Positions 9,203 through 19,053 of a DNA stretch of 64,000 nucleotides are shown here, piece by piece. Within the stretch, counting starts at the first letter, position 1. The number at the start of each line of letters is the position of its first letter. Below the pieces are notes generated by a model, which saw only the letters and a program-made list of their open reading frames with translations, was not told the DNA's origin and made no database searches. A program made the position numbers and the translations under genes. Origin of the DNA: a virus; the IMG/VR virus record IMGVR_UViG_3300045988_079296, positions 32,001-96,000 of that record; one strand, given 5' to 3'.

Positions 9203-10936
9203 TTATGAATTTTTAAGTTCCATTTCCATAAAAGCATCGAACGCCTTTACAAAAGAATTTTCATCCGCTTTCTCCGTTCCTTCGTCCTCCGCTTCTTCCT
9301 CATCCCCCTCGGCATACAAGTCAAACGGGTTTTGCGCTTGGGCTTCTTCCTCTTCTCCGTCTGGAGTAGGTTGTCCACCGCCTTGAGGTTGACCTCCTTG
9401 TCCTGGCATACCTCCACCTAATCCTGCGGCTGCGTTCTTAGCTTGTTGCATATAAACCGTATTTTCAATAATATCTCCGTCAGGCAATGGGGACATTTCA
9501 TACTTCTCACGTATCTCGTTAATCGTAGCAATTGAGCCTACTTTCTTAATATCCATATCAAGTTCTTGTTCGATAGTCATACCGTTCAATCCCATGAATA
9601 CTAATTCAAAGTCAGGGTGAATTTGCTCTACGATATATTTGTTTAGCTTTCTCTGGAGGAACTTGAGCATTGGGTACAATCCCTTGTCTTTGGAATGTTG
9701 AAGACGTTCCTCTTGACCTCCTTCAAACAATCCTTTATTCCCCGAAGAACGGCTGATGTCCCAACCTATCTCGGATGGGTCAATATTATAGATAGCGCAA
9801 GCCAACTTTATAAGGTATTCAATCCAAGAACTGTATTCCATATCTCGGTTGTTCTTCTGCAAATCTATCCACTCAACGTCTTGGTTTACAACGGGTGTTT
9901 TCCAACTCTGCATTACTCCCGTTATCATAGACTGCCATTGCTGCTTAAACTGTTGTAGAGCTGCCTCGTTTACCGTTCCTTTTACTCTCAACATTCCCTT
10001 CGGAGCAGAACCCTGACTAAAGAACCTACGGTTGTATTCATCGCCCCATAGCATTGAAGTAACAACGTTGATAAGCTCTTCAAGCTCGGAACATCCGTAA
10101 CCATTAGAGAAGATTGAAGTTGAAGGATTGCGAACGCCAAAACAAAGCTCCCACGGGTAGAACTCCGATACTTTAGTATTTTGGTAAACTTGTACATAGG
10201 CAGGATAATAACCATGAATTTTTGGTCCAAAATCCTCTCTATCTACGCCCCACAAACCCTTACCGCCTTCAAATATTCGGTTGTCCGTTTCGTAGTCTTT
10301 AGCAAAGTATGAGTTGGCAATTCGGAAAGAAGCGGCATCTGTAGCGACAAAGGACTCAACTTGACCTCTTCGGTTTCTCATAATCTCAAAGGTCATTTGG
10401 TCGTAAGTTAATGAGTCCTCAACAATCTTTCGGATAAAGGTATCAAAGTCATCATGTTCCCAATCTCCTACGTTACCGCCATGAAGAAGGAAGTCGGTAA
10501 TTGCATAGGCAATTTTCTTATCCTTCGTGTCCATCTTTTGGTCAACTCCAAACTTCGGCTTCTTTCGGATAACGAACCCCGTTTGGTATTTGTTTTCTTG
10601 AGGCTCTGCGAAGTCGGCTATTTGGTTTTTCCTCGTTTTAATTATGGAGTTGATGATAGGGGTTTTGGACATCCTCTTTAACGTAGTGTATGTTAAGGAG
10701 AATGACTTGTCTTTGTATCCTAAATTTGAGTTGAACTCCAATGGGTCTATGAAAAACGCCTTTGGGCCAACCGTTCTTTCATCCCTATTTTGTATGCCGT
10801 TGATAGCCTTTTGAGCTCTCAATATATCATCGGGATGGTCTGAACGGATGGCTTTCTCAATCGTCCTCATATTTTTGACTTCCAGCTTCCTCTTAGCTAA
10901 TTCAATAGCGTCAAGCTGTTTCCAATATTCAGCCAT
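9203..10936 (-). CDS. portal protein
   Basis: 577 aa; portal-like features: TPIINSIIKTRKNQIADF, ...GCSELEELINVVTSMLWGDEYNRRFFSQGSAPKGMLRVKG..., NPFDLYAEGDEEE acidic C-term. Confidence 0.85.
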   Translation of the reverse strand: MAEYWKQLDAIELAKRKLEVKNMRTIEKAIRSDHPDDILRAQKAINGIQNRDERTVGPKAFFIDPLEFNSNLGYKDKSFSLTYTTLKRMSKTPIINSIIKTRKNQIADFAEPQENKYQTGFVIRKKPKFGVDQKMDTKDKKIAYAITDFLLHGGNVGDWEHDDFDTFIRKIVEDSLTYDQMTFEIMRNRRGQVESFVATDAASFRIANSYFAKDYETDNRIFEGGKGLWGVDREDFGPKIHGYYPAYVQVYQNTKVSEFYPWELCFGVRNPSTSIFSNGYGCSELEELINVVTSMLWGDEYNRRFFSQGSAPKGMLRVKGTVNEAALQQFKQQWQSMITGVMQSWKTPVVNQDVEWIDLQKNNRDMEYSSWIEYLIKLACAIYNIDPSEIGWDISRSSGNKGLFEGGQEERLQHSKDKGLYPMLKFLQRKLNKYIVEQIHPDFELVFMGLNGMTIEQELDMDIKKVGSIATINEIREKYEMSPLPDGDIIENTVYMQQAKNAAAGLGGGMPGQGGQPQGGGQPTPDGEEEEAQAQNPFDLYAEGDEEEAEDEGTEKADENSFVKAFDAFMEMELKNS

Positions 10937-10996
10937 ATGTTCTACAATTTATTATTTTCTTGAATATCTATAACTGTAGATGTGTGAACAAAAAGA

Positions 10997-11025
10997 AAGG
11001 AGACAACTTTTGATATTGTCTCCTT
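10997..11025 (-). terminator. intrinsic terminator between the 11050..11580 gene and portal
   Basis: aaggagacaa (10997-11006) pairs with ttgtctcctt (11016-11025); minus-strand T-rich tract (TTTCTTTTT) follows. Confidence 0.85.
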
Positions 11026-11049
11026 CTACAAGCCGTTAATTAATAGGAC

Positions 11050-11580
11050 TTAATTGGGCGGTGTAACAGTTATCGCAAGCGCAACTGCTTTATCCGCATC
11101 GGCTGTCCAAGTGCCTGGGTCACCGCTTGTAATAGCGGCATTACTCTGAGGAAGAGTAATTTTGTACTCAAAACCGTCAATGATTTTGAGAACCTTAGCA
11201 ACTCCCGTATTAACATCAACGGTGTCCTGAATAGGCTCTGCGCCTTCCTTCGTTCCCGACAAAGTGAGCTTGCAAGTCGTTGCTCCCGTAATGGTAGGAG
11301 TGATGGTCAAATCGAAGGTTTCAGCACCCATAAGGATAACTTGCTCACCTCCGTAGATATAACCGTCAATAAGTCCTTGGTAAGTCTCAAACCACTCTTC
11401 CATTTCGGCTTTTGTGGTTACTGTGCCAGGCTTGAACGGCATAATTTTCTCAAAGATTGTTCCTTGAACTCCTTCTAACCACATGATTGTAAAGCGTTCC
11501 GAACCATCCTCAATTATGTCCGTTCTTAGAGTTGCCTTGATTATAGGCTCGTCTTTAGTTACAAATACATAATCTCTCAT
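11050..11580 (-). CDS. putative virion protein with Ig-like C-terminal region
   Basis: 176 aa, TPTITGATTCKLTLSGTKEGAEPIQDTVDVNTG... Confidence 0.55.
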   Translation of the reverse strand: MRDYVFVTKDEPIIKATLRTDIIEDGSERFTIMWLEGVQGTIFEKIMPFKPGTVTTKAEMEEWFETYQGLIDGYIYGGEQVILMGAETFDLTITPTITGATTCKLTLSGTKEGAEPIQDTVDVNTGVAKVLKIIDGFEYKITLPQSNAAITSGDPGTWTADADKAVALAITVTPPN

Positions 11581-11606
11581 TTTTACTAAACTTTAAATGG
11601 TAAAAT

Positions 11607-11972
11607 TCAATTTACCTCTTTATAATTGTTTAGTGCTTCTTCAATCTTTTGGGTGACCGCTCCGTCAAAGATAATATACTTTGCTTCCAAAGTCTCGTGG
11701 ATGATTATGGCTTCGTCCAAATACTCTATCAAAACCGTATTATCATCCAAACTCGTTATCTCTGGAGCTGTCTCCTTGATATTATCCCATAGAAGTTGAA
11801 AAGCTCGGATGCTTAGAGCATCTTCCATGATTGTATTAGACAGATACTTCATTCGGGGTACAGAAGTATCAATTTCAGCAGCCGCCAGTTGTAAATCGGT
11901 CTCCAACGGCTCTTGCATTGTTGTTAGCTTCTTTGAATACATAACGCTATAATGATTTTGTTTTCGGTACAA
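11607..11972 (-). CDS. hypothetical protein
   Basis: ORF 121 aa. Confidence 0.6.
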   Translation of the reverse strand: MYRKQNHYSVMYSKKLTTMQEPLETDLQLAAAEIDTSVPRMKYLSNTIMEDALSIRAFQLLWDNIKETAPEITSLDDNTVLIEYLDEAIIIHETLEAKYIIFDGAVTQKIEEALNNYKEVN

Positions 11973-13050
11973 ATTTACTTCGTTGCTTACCCTCTCCGAT
12001 AATCATCTTCCAATACTTCTGAAATTCGCAAAGCCACATTTCAATTTGGTGAAGAGTTATATTGGGCTCATCTGACGTGTAATATTCTCCGTCCTCCATA
12101 TCCCAATACAGATAGGGAAAGTTTTCTTTTTTCTCTTCGCTTATTCTTCCCAACCATTCTTCTGCCAAATCTCTTAACCAATATATGGCAGGTTTTTGTT
12201 CTCGGAGCGTAGAAAGGTTTGGATATATGAGACGAATGCCGATACTACACCCTGGCCCAACGTTCGTGAAGTCGTTTTGGTCAAACTTCATAAAACGTCT
12301 GCCCGTGTACTTCGGTATATATGTGAAGTCCTGATAGAACTCATGAGCAATAAAATCGGCTACCGCAGGGAACGTTTTCAAGTACTCAATAATCTCTTCT
12401 GGCTTCTTAGCGGTCATCACCTTAGCAATGAGCTTATCCATGTTCTTATGCAGATGCGGAATAACAACCCTTGTATAGCAATAGTCTCTCGGTTGACCAG
12501 GTGTTGCTTGAGAGTTAATCAAGTAAGCAGTTGTATAAGGGTTTTGCCCCGAACTACGAACGCCAGCAATGAAACGGCTGAACTCGTCCTCATCGTATTC
12601 ATCCCAATCGGGTATGCCGTTCTTCCACTTTGTAGCCGCAATCAATTCGTCTTTCGATTGAGCTTGTTTTAATCCCGATTTCACTGGTGCTCCAAATAAG
12701 CTCGGTTGAAGTGTTTTTCCTTTCGGCTCAAACATAAACGTTTCGGGGCAATTAAAGAAGCGGAAAACCATCATCTTCCAAACCAAGTTCTTCAACGACA
12801 AACTTTCGTCAAGAAGAATGTTCTTGATTTGCCATTGACTATTTCGGTCAAGCTCCCGATACACGTTGGTGAACTTTGACTCTTGAAAAATCTTGTTCTT
12901 TGTCCAAGGTCGTTCTTTCCCGTCTATGAACCTCCGTTTCCATATAAGCTGGCGTTCATACATAGTCTCAAAGAACAAACGCAAATGAGGCTCGTACACC
13001 TCAAGATTTTCGTCAGGTAACTTATCGTACCATGCTGCATTTTCAAACAT
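11947..13050 (-). CDS. thymine-hypermodification protein of the HMUDK-helical / alpha-glutamyl(putrescinyl) thymine pyrophosphorylase (aGPT-Pplase) type
   Basis: MYERQLIWKRRFIDGKERPWTKNKIFQESKFTNVYRELDRNSQW ... VWKMMVFRFFN ... FTNVGPGCSIGI match the family hallmark pattern KPWT..FTNVYRELDR and GPG. Confidence 0.75.
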   Translation of the reverse strand: MFENAAWYDKLPDENLEVYEPHLRLFFETMYERQLIWKRRFIDGKERPWTKNKIFQESKFTNVYRELDRNSQWQIKNILLDESLSLKNLVWKMMVFRFFNCPETFMFEPKGKTLQPSLFGAPVKSGLKQAQSKDELIAATKWKNGIPDWDEYDEDEFSRFIAGVRSSGQNPYTTAYLINSQATPGQPRDYCYTRVVIPHLHKNMDKLIAKVMTAKKPEEIIEYLKTFPAVADFIAHEFYQDFTYIPKYTGRRFMKFDQNDFTNVGPGCSIGIRLIYPNLSTLREQKPAIYWLRDLAEEWLGRISEEKKENFPYLYWDMEDGEYYTSDEPNITLHQIEMWLCEFQKYWKMIIGEGKQRSKFVPKTKSL

Positions 13051-13051
13051 C

Positions 13052-13393
13052 TTATAAACTTTTAGTATTTAATCTCATAAAAAACTCTCGTTTGGCTTCC
13101 ACATTACCCTTCTTCATTAAGTTCAAAAGAACTTTCTTGGGCATCTTTCGGAACGGTCTTTGTTTAGCGTTAATCAACTTCACAAACCTAACATCTAAGT
13201 TACAGCGTTGCGGGTTGCCGCTGGGGTAGAACTTACTGCATATGTTTGTAGATAACAAAGGACAATACCAATTGCCGTGGAAGCCAGTTATTTCAAATTT
13301 GGTTTTGCCCCAAACGCTATCATCGCTGTCTCGGACAATATCTCCATTCTTAAAATATTTCCAAACTTTTTGGTCTGTATTCTCGCTCGGCAT
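13052..13393 (-). CDS. hypothetical protein
   Basis: ORF 113 aa, DIVRDSDDSVWGKTKFEITGFHGNWYCPLL. Confidence 0.6.
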   Translation of the reverse strand: MPSENTDQKVWKYFKNGDIVRDSDDSVWGKTKFEITGFHGNWYCPLLSTNICSKFYPSGNPQRCNLDVRFVKLINAKQRPFRKMPKKVLLNLMKKGNVEAKREFFMRLNTKSL

Positions 13394-13429
13394 AATTAAT
13401 CATATTTTCCTTATTAACGTTGAAAAAGA

Positions 13430-13457
13430 AAGCTCCGAACTTCGCAGCCCAGAGCTT
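13430..13457 (-). terminator. intrinsic terminator
   Basis: aagctc (13430-13435) / gagctt (13452-13457), minus-strand TTTCTTTTTC tail. Confidence 0.65.
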
Positions 13458-13491
13458 ACCCCATGTCCTCAAATTAAAACAAAGAACCTCC

Positions 13492-14145
13492 TTAAAAACG
13501 GAATGTAGCAAACTGTTTAGGAGTCAACTCATACTCTTTTTCATCCTTTAGGCTTTGCACTACTCGGCATGCTTCCAAATCTACCATGACGTTACATACC
13601 GCTCGAACGCAATCATTGTATTGGTTACGTGCCATTGCTTCGGCTTCGGTTTTAGCAAAATTGTACTTCTTTTCCATTTCGGCTGTGTGTTCGGCAGATA
13701 GAGTTTCAACCATTCGGTCATCCGTTGATTTCATTCTCATTTCCTCCCAATCGTAAACCTTGAATGGAACTTCGATACGCAAGTCATCGGTCCACCAAGG
13801 GTTGATGTCCTTAGTAGGAGCTTGACCGCAAGATTTCAAACACTCGTTAGCTTCCTTTTTCTTAGTAGCTAATGCAGCATTAAGTTCGGGAATGAGGATG
13901 TCTGTAACGTTCTTCTTAATCTCCTTTCCAGTCTTGGTGACTTTGATATCACCTCCGTACTGAATGGCGTTCATAACGTCAGATTTCTCAATTTCTTGGG
14001 CAGCTACATCAAACGGGTTGGCATCGCTTTCTCCCTTTTGAATAGCTTCCTCCGAAGGCTGATTAAGGTCACCTTCAAAACCTTTCAAGAGGTGAGCATG
14101 TTGTTTCGCTCTCGCTCCGTGAATTGCATCATGAATTTCGTTCAT
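13492..14145 (-). CDS. hypothetical protein
   Basis: ORF 217 aa. Confidence 0.7.
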   Translation of the reverse strand: MNEIHDAIHGARAKQHAHLLKGFEGDLNQPSEEAIQKGESDANPFDVAAQEIEKSDVMNAIQYGGDIKVTKTGKEIKKNVTDILIPELNAALATKKKEANECLKSCGQAPTKDINPWWTDDLRIEVPFKVYDWEEMRMKSTDDRMVETLSAEHTAEMEKKYNFAKTEAEAMARNQYNDCVRAVCNVMVDLEACRVVQSLKDEKEYELTPKQFATFRF

Positions 14146-14152
14146 TTCTTTG

Positions 14153-15127
14153 TTATTTTATTAAACTACCATAAAAATCTTCCAGTGTGTACGCCTTATT
14201 ATAACTGTACGTGTTCTTGTTTGCGTTCACGTCATCAAGCATTATCTCAAGTAAGCTCTTACCGCTACGTGAGTGATAGTCCGTTTCGTTGTAAACAGAT
14301 AGATTGAGCCATGTTAGTTTTAAGTTGAAAAGAACCTTTCCCAATACATCTTCGTATTTCATGCCCGTAAACTCGGAGAACCTTCCAGCAATCCATTGAC
14401 CCATGGTAATCAAATCAACGTCCTTCGGCTCTTTATACGGAGAAATTGATTCAATAAACTTCTCAAACCCCTTATCACCTATACCCTTCTTAACCTTCGG
14501 AACATTATCGGATGTATCCCCCATGAGAACTTTATAAAGAAGAACCTCAAACGGCTTATTGGGAATGACTTGTATGTCCGTCTCCAAATATTCGTTCCAA
14601 AATACTTCCTTCTCTGGAATACAATACATCTTTAGGTTTTTAGAGTTATTGTTGAACAATGAAACGTTCTTGTTCATGATTTGCCTAATATCGGAGTCAC
14701 CCGTAATTATTACCAATTCCTCGTCCAAAATATATCCGAAGTAAAGTGACCAGACATAAAGAAGGTCATCGCCCTCTGCTCCCATGACCCTACTGACGAT
14801 AATTCCCTTTTTCCGAAGAAGAGCCTCAAACATATCTAAACAAGTCAGAAAATGCTTGTAATATGGGTCTCTGACTTTGGTAAGAGCGTACTTATAATCA
14901 TCGTAGATATTGTAACGCCAACTGGAAGAGTCAATAACAAACGCAACTCTCTTTATATCTCGGAACTTACCCAGAGCGAAGCACATATCAATTATGCACT
15001 TGCGCATGAGCACTTGTTGTTTCTCCCTATCTTGGAGAACTTCTGCCATATCCTGCCCCTTGTAATAGGTTGAGAATACATTGAACGTCTTGTGGAATAA
15101 ATAATTTCCGTCAAATAGTATATTCAT
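14153..15127 (-). CDS. 5'-3' exonuclease / FEN-like nuclease (start trimmed to ATG at 15127)
   Basis: MNILFDGNYLFHK..., VMGAEGDDLLYVWS, ELVIITGDSDIRQI, LMGDTSDNVPKVKKGIGDKG. Confidence 0.88.
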   Translation of the reverse strand: MNILFDGNYLFHKTFNVFSTYYKGQDMAEVLQDREKQQVLMRKCIIDMCFALGKFRDIKRVAFVIDSSSWRYNIYDDYKYALTKVRDPYYKHFLTCLDMFEALLRKKGIIVSRVMGAEGDDLLYVWSLYFGYILDEELVIITGDSDIRQIMNKNVSLFNNNSKNLKMYCIPEKEVFWNEYLETDIQVIPNKPFEVLLYKVLMGDTSDNVPKVKKGIGDKGFEKFIESISPYKEPKDVDLITMGQWIAGRFSEFTGMKYEDVLGKVLFNLKLTWLNLSVYNETDYHSRSGKSLLEIMLDDVNANKNTYSYNKAYTLEDFYGSLIK

Positions 15128-15152
15128 GTTATATCCTTTTCTAAAATAAACC

Positions 15153-15181
15153 GTGGGGCAATCTCCGAAGAAACGCCCCAC
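15153..15181 (-). terminator. intrinsic terminator
   Basis: gtggggc (15153-15159) / gccccac (15175-15181), minus-strand TTTATTTT follows. Confidence 0.8.
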
Positions 15182-15201
15182 AGTCTAACAACTAATTCAG
15201 A

Positions 15202-15987
15202 TTATTTAAGCAACTTTACTTTTGATGTCTGAGCTTGCTTACTCTCAGATACTCCTTTATGAATTTGAGTGTTCTTTCCATCCTTTACTCCGAAAGCGAA
15301 GCAAGAGTCATGTTTGGCATTCGGTTGCTTTCTTCCCTTGGCATAACCTCCGAACTTTTGAGCTACATATGTATCAATCTCCGCTCCCGTCCGAACTACC
15401 AAGGCTGTAACCTTCGTGCCATAGTCCTTATCTTCGTTTTGCACCTTCTCACGGTCACTCTCTTCCTTGAACTTCATATCCAATCCTGCGGCACAACCTT
15501 CCAAATATCTCCGAAGGTATGTATCAAGTCCGATAGGTTTTACAAGATAGTCCATTGTTTCCTGATACTCCTTGTATCTGTTCTTCCCGAAGGCTATGAA
15601 CTTCTCACACAGCATATTGTATAACCACTTAACGGTTTCCATGTTCTCTTCCTTACCGAAGAAAATCATGTTTTTGTCCTTTTGTTTCCCATAGCGGAAT
15701 ACCTTACAAAAGTTCCACTTACAAATAACGAACATCAACTTGAACTCCCAATCACCTCCGATAAACTTGAAGCGGTAGCAAGACATGATGTTTTCTTTAA
15801 CAACGTCTCTTTCTTGCTCTTCCTGAGATACGTCACCCATAGTAAGGTTGTACTGAGTAAGCAGCCGTTGAATTGCGGCAGCCGCAGCATTTGCTTCGCC
15901 TTCGGAATTGATTTTCTTTGCTCCTTCGTACAAACGCATTAACTTTTGAAGTTTCGTCTTAATCTTGTCTAAATTTGTTGCTTCCAT
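15202..15987 (-). CDS. DUF2786-domain protein
   Basis: N-term KIKTKLQKLMRLYEGAKKINSEGEANAAAAAIQRLLTQYNLT. Confidence 0.7.
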   Translation of the reverse strand: MEATNLDKIKTKLQKLMRLYEGAKKINSEGEANAAAAAIQRLLTQYNLTMGDVSQEEQERDVVKENIMSCYRFKFIGGDWEFKLMFVICKWNFCKVFRYGKQKDKNMIFFGKEENMETVKWLYNMLCEKFIAFGKNRYKEYQETMDYLVKPIGLDTYLRRYLEGCAAGLDMKFKEESDREKVQNEDKDYGTKVTALVVRTGAEIDTYVAQKFGGYAKGRKQPNAKHDSCFAFGVKDGKNTQIHKGVSESKQAQTSKVKLLK

Positions 15988-16036
15988 AACTTGATATTTT
16001 CAATTTGATTTACAATTTATATTTCCAATTACAGTA

Positions 16037-16067
16037 CAAAGATACGGACTATTTTTGTAACCGCAAA
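16037..16067 (-). promoter_or_regulatory. Bacteroidota-type promoter TTTG-N19-TATCTTTG
   Basis: caaagata at 16037-16044, CAAA at 16064-16067, spacer exactly 19 nt. Confidence 0.75.
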
Positions 16068-16096
16068 ATATTTTGCCAACTTTTTTACGTTTTTAA

Positions 16097-16303
16097 CTAA
16101 TTTTCTGCATTCCCGCAGTCCAAAGTGAAATTCTTTATCTCCGTTATGGATTTTATTTCGGCTCTTCCAAGAAGATTTATCAACGGCTCTACAAAGTCAG
16201 AAGCGCAAACCGTACTGGATTGGGTTGCCGTTCTCATCAACTCCAAAAATTGTTTCCCATCGCTCTCGCTAAATTCTAATTTTTGTGCAATTTCTATAAT
16301 CAT
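16097..16303 (-). CDS. hypothetical protein
   Basis: ORF 68 aa. Confidence 0.5.
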   Translation of the reverse strand: MIIEIAQKLEFSESDGKQFLELMRTATQSSTVCASDFVEPLINLLGRAEIKSITEIKNFTLDCGNAEN

Positions 16304-16339
16304 ACCCGTAAACGTTTAAATCTACGGGTATTATAAATG

Positions 16340-17821
16340 TCAAGCTACAAAGTCCTTGACGAACCCAAGATAATGTTTCGCCCTCGTATAAGCTACATAA
16401 ACAAGATTGCTTTCTTGCTCTGCCATCCAAGGAACGTTCATGCAAGGCTTAAACCACAACTTATCTTCGCATATGATAAATACTCGGTCACTCTCCAACC
16501 CCTTCGATTTATGAATGGTGCTTAGACAAATACCCGATTTATTTCCATCGGAGAAGATTGTTTCAATACGGTCAATAACTTCTTTGGCGGTTTGTAATCC
16601 TTCGGAAAGAACCTCAATTGCTTTGACCTTATCTTCGTATCTTTTATAAACATCGCTCTCCCGTGCTTCCTTTTCGGTGCATTTCTGCTTGCTAACCACC
16701 TTTCCTATTATCCGTGATAATTCTCTCTGGAGACGTTCTTCCACGTCCTTAATCTGCTTGCGATTGGTCTTTTTAATCATATTAACGAGATTGGTTCCAA
16801 TATCCCTTCCCTTAACATATGCTTTAACTCCCGAACTGATATATTTCATACATAAATCTACCAAAGGAGCTGTGAGACGGCAAAGCACCATATCTCCGTC
16901 TTGTATCTCGGATAAAGTTGCATTGCGATTTACCATTCCCGAAGGAGCATTATCACGTGCTTCTATTTGGGGCACGATACTTTTGGCAAGGTCAATTATG
17001 TCCTTATCGCAACGGTAGCATACCGATAACGGAAGTTTAACCGTGCCAGGAATTTTCTTTAACAAATTGAAACTCTCAACGTCCGCTCCTGCGAACCCGT
17101 ATATTGCTTGTCTTGGGTCGCCTACTGCAATGAACCTTCCTCCGTTCGGCTTAACGCATTTCAAGAATAATTCCCGTTGAGCTGCATTAAGGTCTTGGCA
17201 CTCGTCTATAAATACCCAATCATATTTGAATATTTTCAATTGCTTAACGTTCGGGAAGTATATCATGTCGGTAAAGTCTATGAAAGCTGTTTCCCGTTCT
17301 CCCCATTGAATACCTTTGAGAGCCAAATCGGCTTCGTTATCTAAGAGGTCAATATCATGCTTGTAAGAAAGGTCTTCAAGTTCAGCTACGGTCTTGACTA
17401 AATTACATCTGCCAAGGTCTATAAGTTTGAGAATATTTTGCTTCCAAGCTCCCATTTGCTCATCGGGAAGAGGAACTGACGGAACTAAGTTTGAATAATT
17501 TACTCCGTTATTAACCCAAACCCGATACTTATCATCTTGAATTTGACAATCTAAGTTTCTCATACATAAAGAAGCTCCAAGACTGTGTAAGGTCTTTATA
17601 TCTACGTTGGGCATATTCCCTATTTTGATTTTCAGCTCTTCCACGATAGCCTTATTGAAAGCCAAGAACAAAACTCTTTTCCCTTTCGGAATTTGTTTCA
17701 ACGCTTCTACTATTGTTGTAGATTTACCCGAACCCGCCACTGCGTCTATAACCGCATTGCCCTTACCTATCCGAATGTAGGTGTAAACAGTTCTTTGATA
17801 TTTGCTTGGTAAAAATGCCAT
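16340..17821 (-). CDS. UvrD/Rep-type SF1 helicase (paralogue A)
   Basis: AVAGSGKSTTIVEAL, FIDECQDLNAAQRELF, GDPRQAIYGFAGAD, YVAYTRAK. Confidence 0.92.
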   Translation of the reverse strand: MAFLPSKYQRTVYTYIRIGKGNAVIDAVAGSGKSTTIVEALKQIPKGKRVLFLAFNKAIVEELKIKIGNMPNVDIKTLHSLGASLCMRNLDCQIQDDKYRVWVNNGVNYSNLVPSVPLPDEQMGAWKQNILKLIDLGRCNLVKTVAELEDLSYKHDIDLLDNEADLALKGIQWGERETAFIDFTDMIYFPNVKQLKIFKYDWVFIDECQDLNAAQRELFLKCVKPNGGRFIAVGDPRQAIYGFAGADVESFNLLKKIPGTVKLPLSVCYRCDKDIIDLAKSIVPQIEARDNAPSGMVNRNATLSEIQDGDMVLCRLTAPLVDLCMKYISSGVKAYVKGRDIGTNLVNMIKKTNRKQIKDVEERLQRELSRIIGKVVSKQKCTEKEARESDVYKRYEDKVKAIEVLSEGLQTAKEVIDRIETIFSDGNKSGICLSTIHKSKGLESDRVFIICEDKLWFKPCMNVPWMAEQESNLVYVAYTRAKHYLGFVKDFVA

Positions 17822-17849
17822 AATCTTGAAATTTAAGTAGTTGTTGATA

Positions 17850-17880
17850 CAAAGGTACGGAGTAATTTTGTAACTACAAA
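17850..17880 (-). promoter_or_regulatory. Bacteroidota-type promoter TTTG-N19-TACCTTTG
   Basis: caaaggta 17850-17857, CAAA 17877-17880, spacer 19 nt, ~30 nt upstream of the helicase ATG. Confidence 0.75.
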
Positions 17881-17980
17881 ACTTTTTGTCAATTATTTTT
17901 CTTTTTAACTTTGTTTAACAAAAAGAGGAATAACTTCACAGTCACCCCTCCCTCGTTACAGCTTTACTATGGCAGTACAG

Positions 17981-18262
17981 CTATACATTTAAAATCAAAT
18001 TGTCGCTTTTCAAAAGTCCTTCCAGCTTTTCTTCGGTAGGTATCCAGCCGCAAACAAAGACAATCGTTTCTCCTTGAGCTTTTGCAGCCTTATGCCAAGC
18101 ATCTGATAGCTTCTTGAACCTTTGGTTGTGCATATAAAAATCGAAGTCTGAAACGGATATTTCCCACCAACTTCTATTCTTGTATGCGTAGGCAATCAAA
18201 CCATCTTGCATTCCTTCTACCTTTTGGAGTATGCTCAAAATAAAATCTTCAATCTTCTTCAT
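17981..18262 (-). CDS. hypothetical protein
   Basis: ORF 93 aa. Confidence 0.65.
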   Translation of the reverse strand: MKKIEDFILSILQKVEGMQDGLIAYAYKNRSWWEISVSDFDFYMHNQRFKKLSDAWHKAAKAQGETIVFVCGWIPTEEKLEGLLKSDNLILNV

Positions 18263-18860
18263 ACATGAATTTGTTGAACTCTTCTTCTCCGATAACTAAC
18301 TTCAACCGCTCGGATAACAAACTGAGGTGTACTTCCTCGTCCGCAATCAGCTTAGACGTTAATTGCATTGCTATCGTCATTGTCTTGGAATAGTTCTCCG
18401 ATACTTCAGATATTCTCGCTTGAATACCTTCGTAGAAACGGATTGTTTCTTGCTCGGCTGTTATCGCTATCTTCAACGCTTCTTCTGCGTCTTTCCCAAC
18501 CTTTACGCCTGAGTTTACAAAACGTTGGTCTATCTTACCGCCTAACTTACGAATGAAGTCTGAAAGTTTATCGTAGTGCTTCATTTCAGTCATTCCAATA
18601 CCCAACATCAGCTCTCCTATATCTTCAAAAGTCGCTTCTTGGGTAGTGTACATATGTATGGCTGTAAGCTCGGAGAAAGAGTTTGAACCGTTATGTATCG
18701 GATAGAACCATTCAGCTGCTACTCCGTCATCCGCTTTCGCCCCATCATACTCTGGATATTCATAATCGGGGTTTGAATAGCGCATAGCATTTACCAACCC
18801 GTCAGTAAGGTCGTCAAGTTGATTTTTGCTCAACGGCTTCATTTTCGCAAAGTCTTTCAT
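18249..18860 (-). CDS. ferritin-like diiron protein (start trimmed)
   Basis: four-helix pattern with SELTAI, MTEMKHYDKL (ExxH), TAEQETIRFYE, ADEEVHLSLL (ExxH). Confidence 0.7.
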   Translation of the reverse strand: MKDFAKMKPLSKNQLDDLTDGLVNAMRYSNPDYEYPEYDGAKADDGVAAEWFYPIHNGSNSFSELTAIHMYTTQEATFEDIGELMLGIGMTEMKHYDKLSDFIRKLGGKIDQRFVNSGVKVGKDAEEALKIAITAEQETIRFYEGIQARISEVSENYSKTMTIAMQLTSKLIADEEVHLSLLSERLKLVIGEEEFNKFMYEED

Positions 18861-19053
18861 ATTCCTCAATTTTTCTTTGTTTATCTTCTTCGGTCATATT
18901 GCAAGTGCGTCCTATAATGTTACTTGATAATATCTTCACGCTTCCATCAGGCTGCTTTTGCATCATAGTTTCAACGGCAAAGTCGTTACCTTGACCGAAG
19001 TCAACCCCGATAAACAAACCTTTGCCGTTGGTGAATTGTTGGAACTGTCTCAT
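18814..19053 (-). CDS. hypothetical small protein with GVDFGQGND motif
   Basis: ORF 79 aa; stop/start overlaps on both sides. Confidence 0.6.
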   Translation of the reverse strand: MRQFQQFTNGKGLFIGVDFGQGNDFAVETMMQKQPDGSVKILSSNIIGRTCNMTEEDKQRKIEEYERLCENEAVEQKST

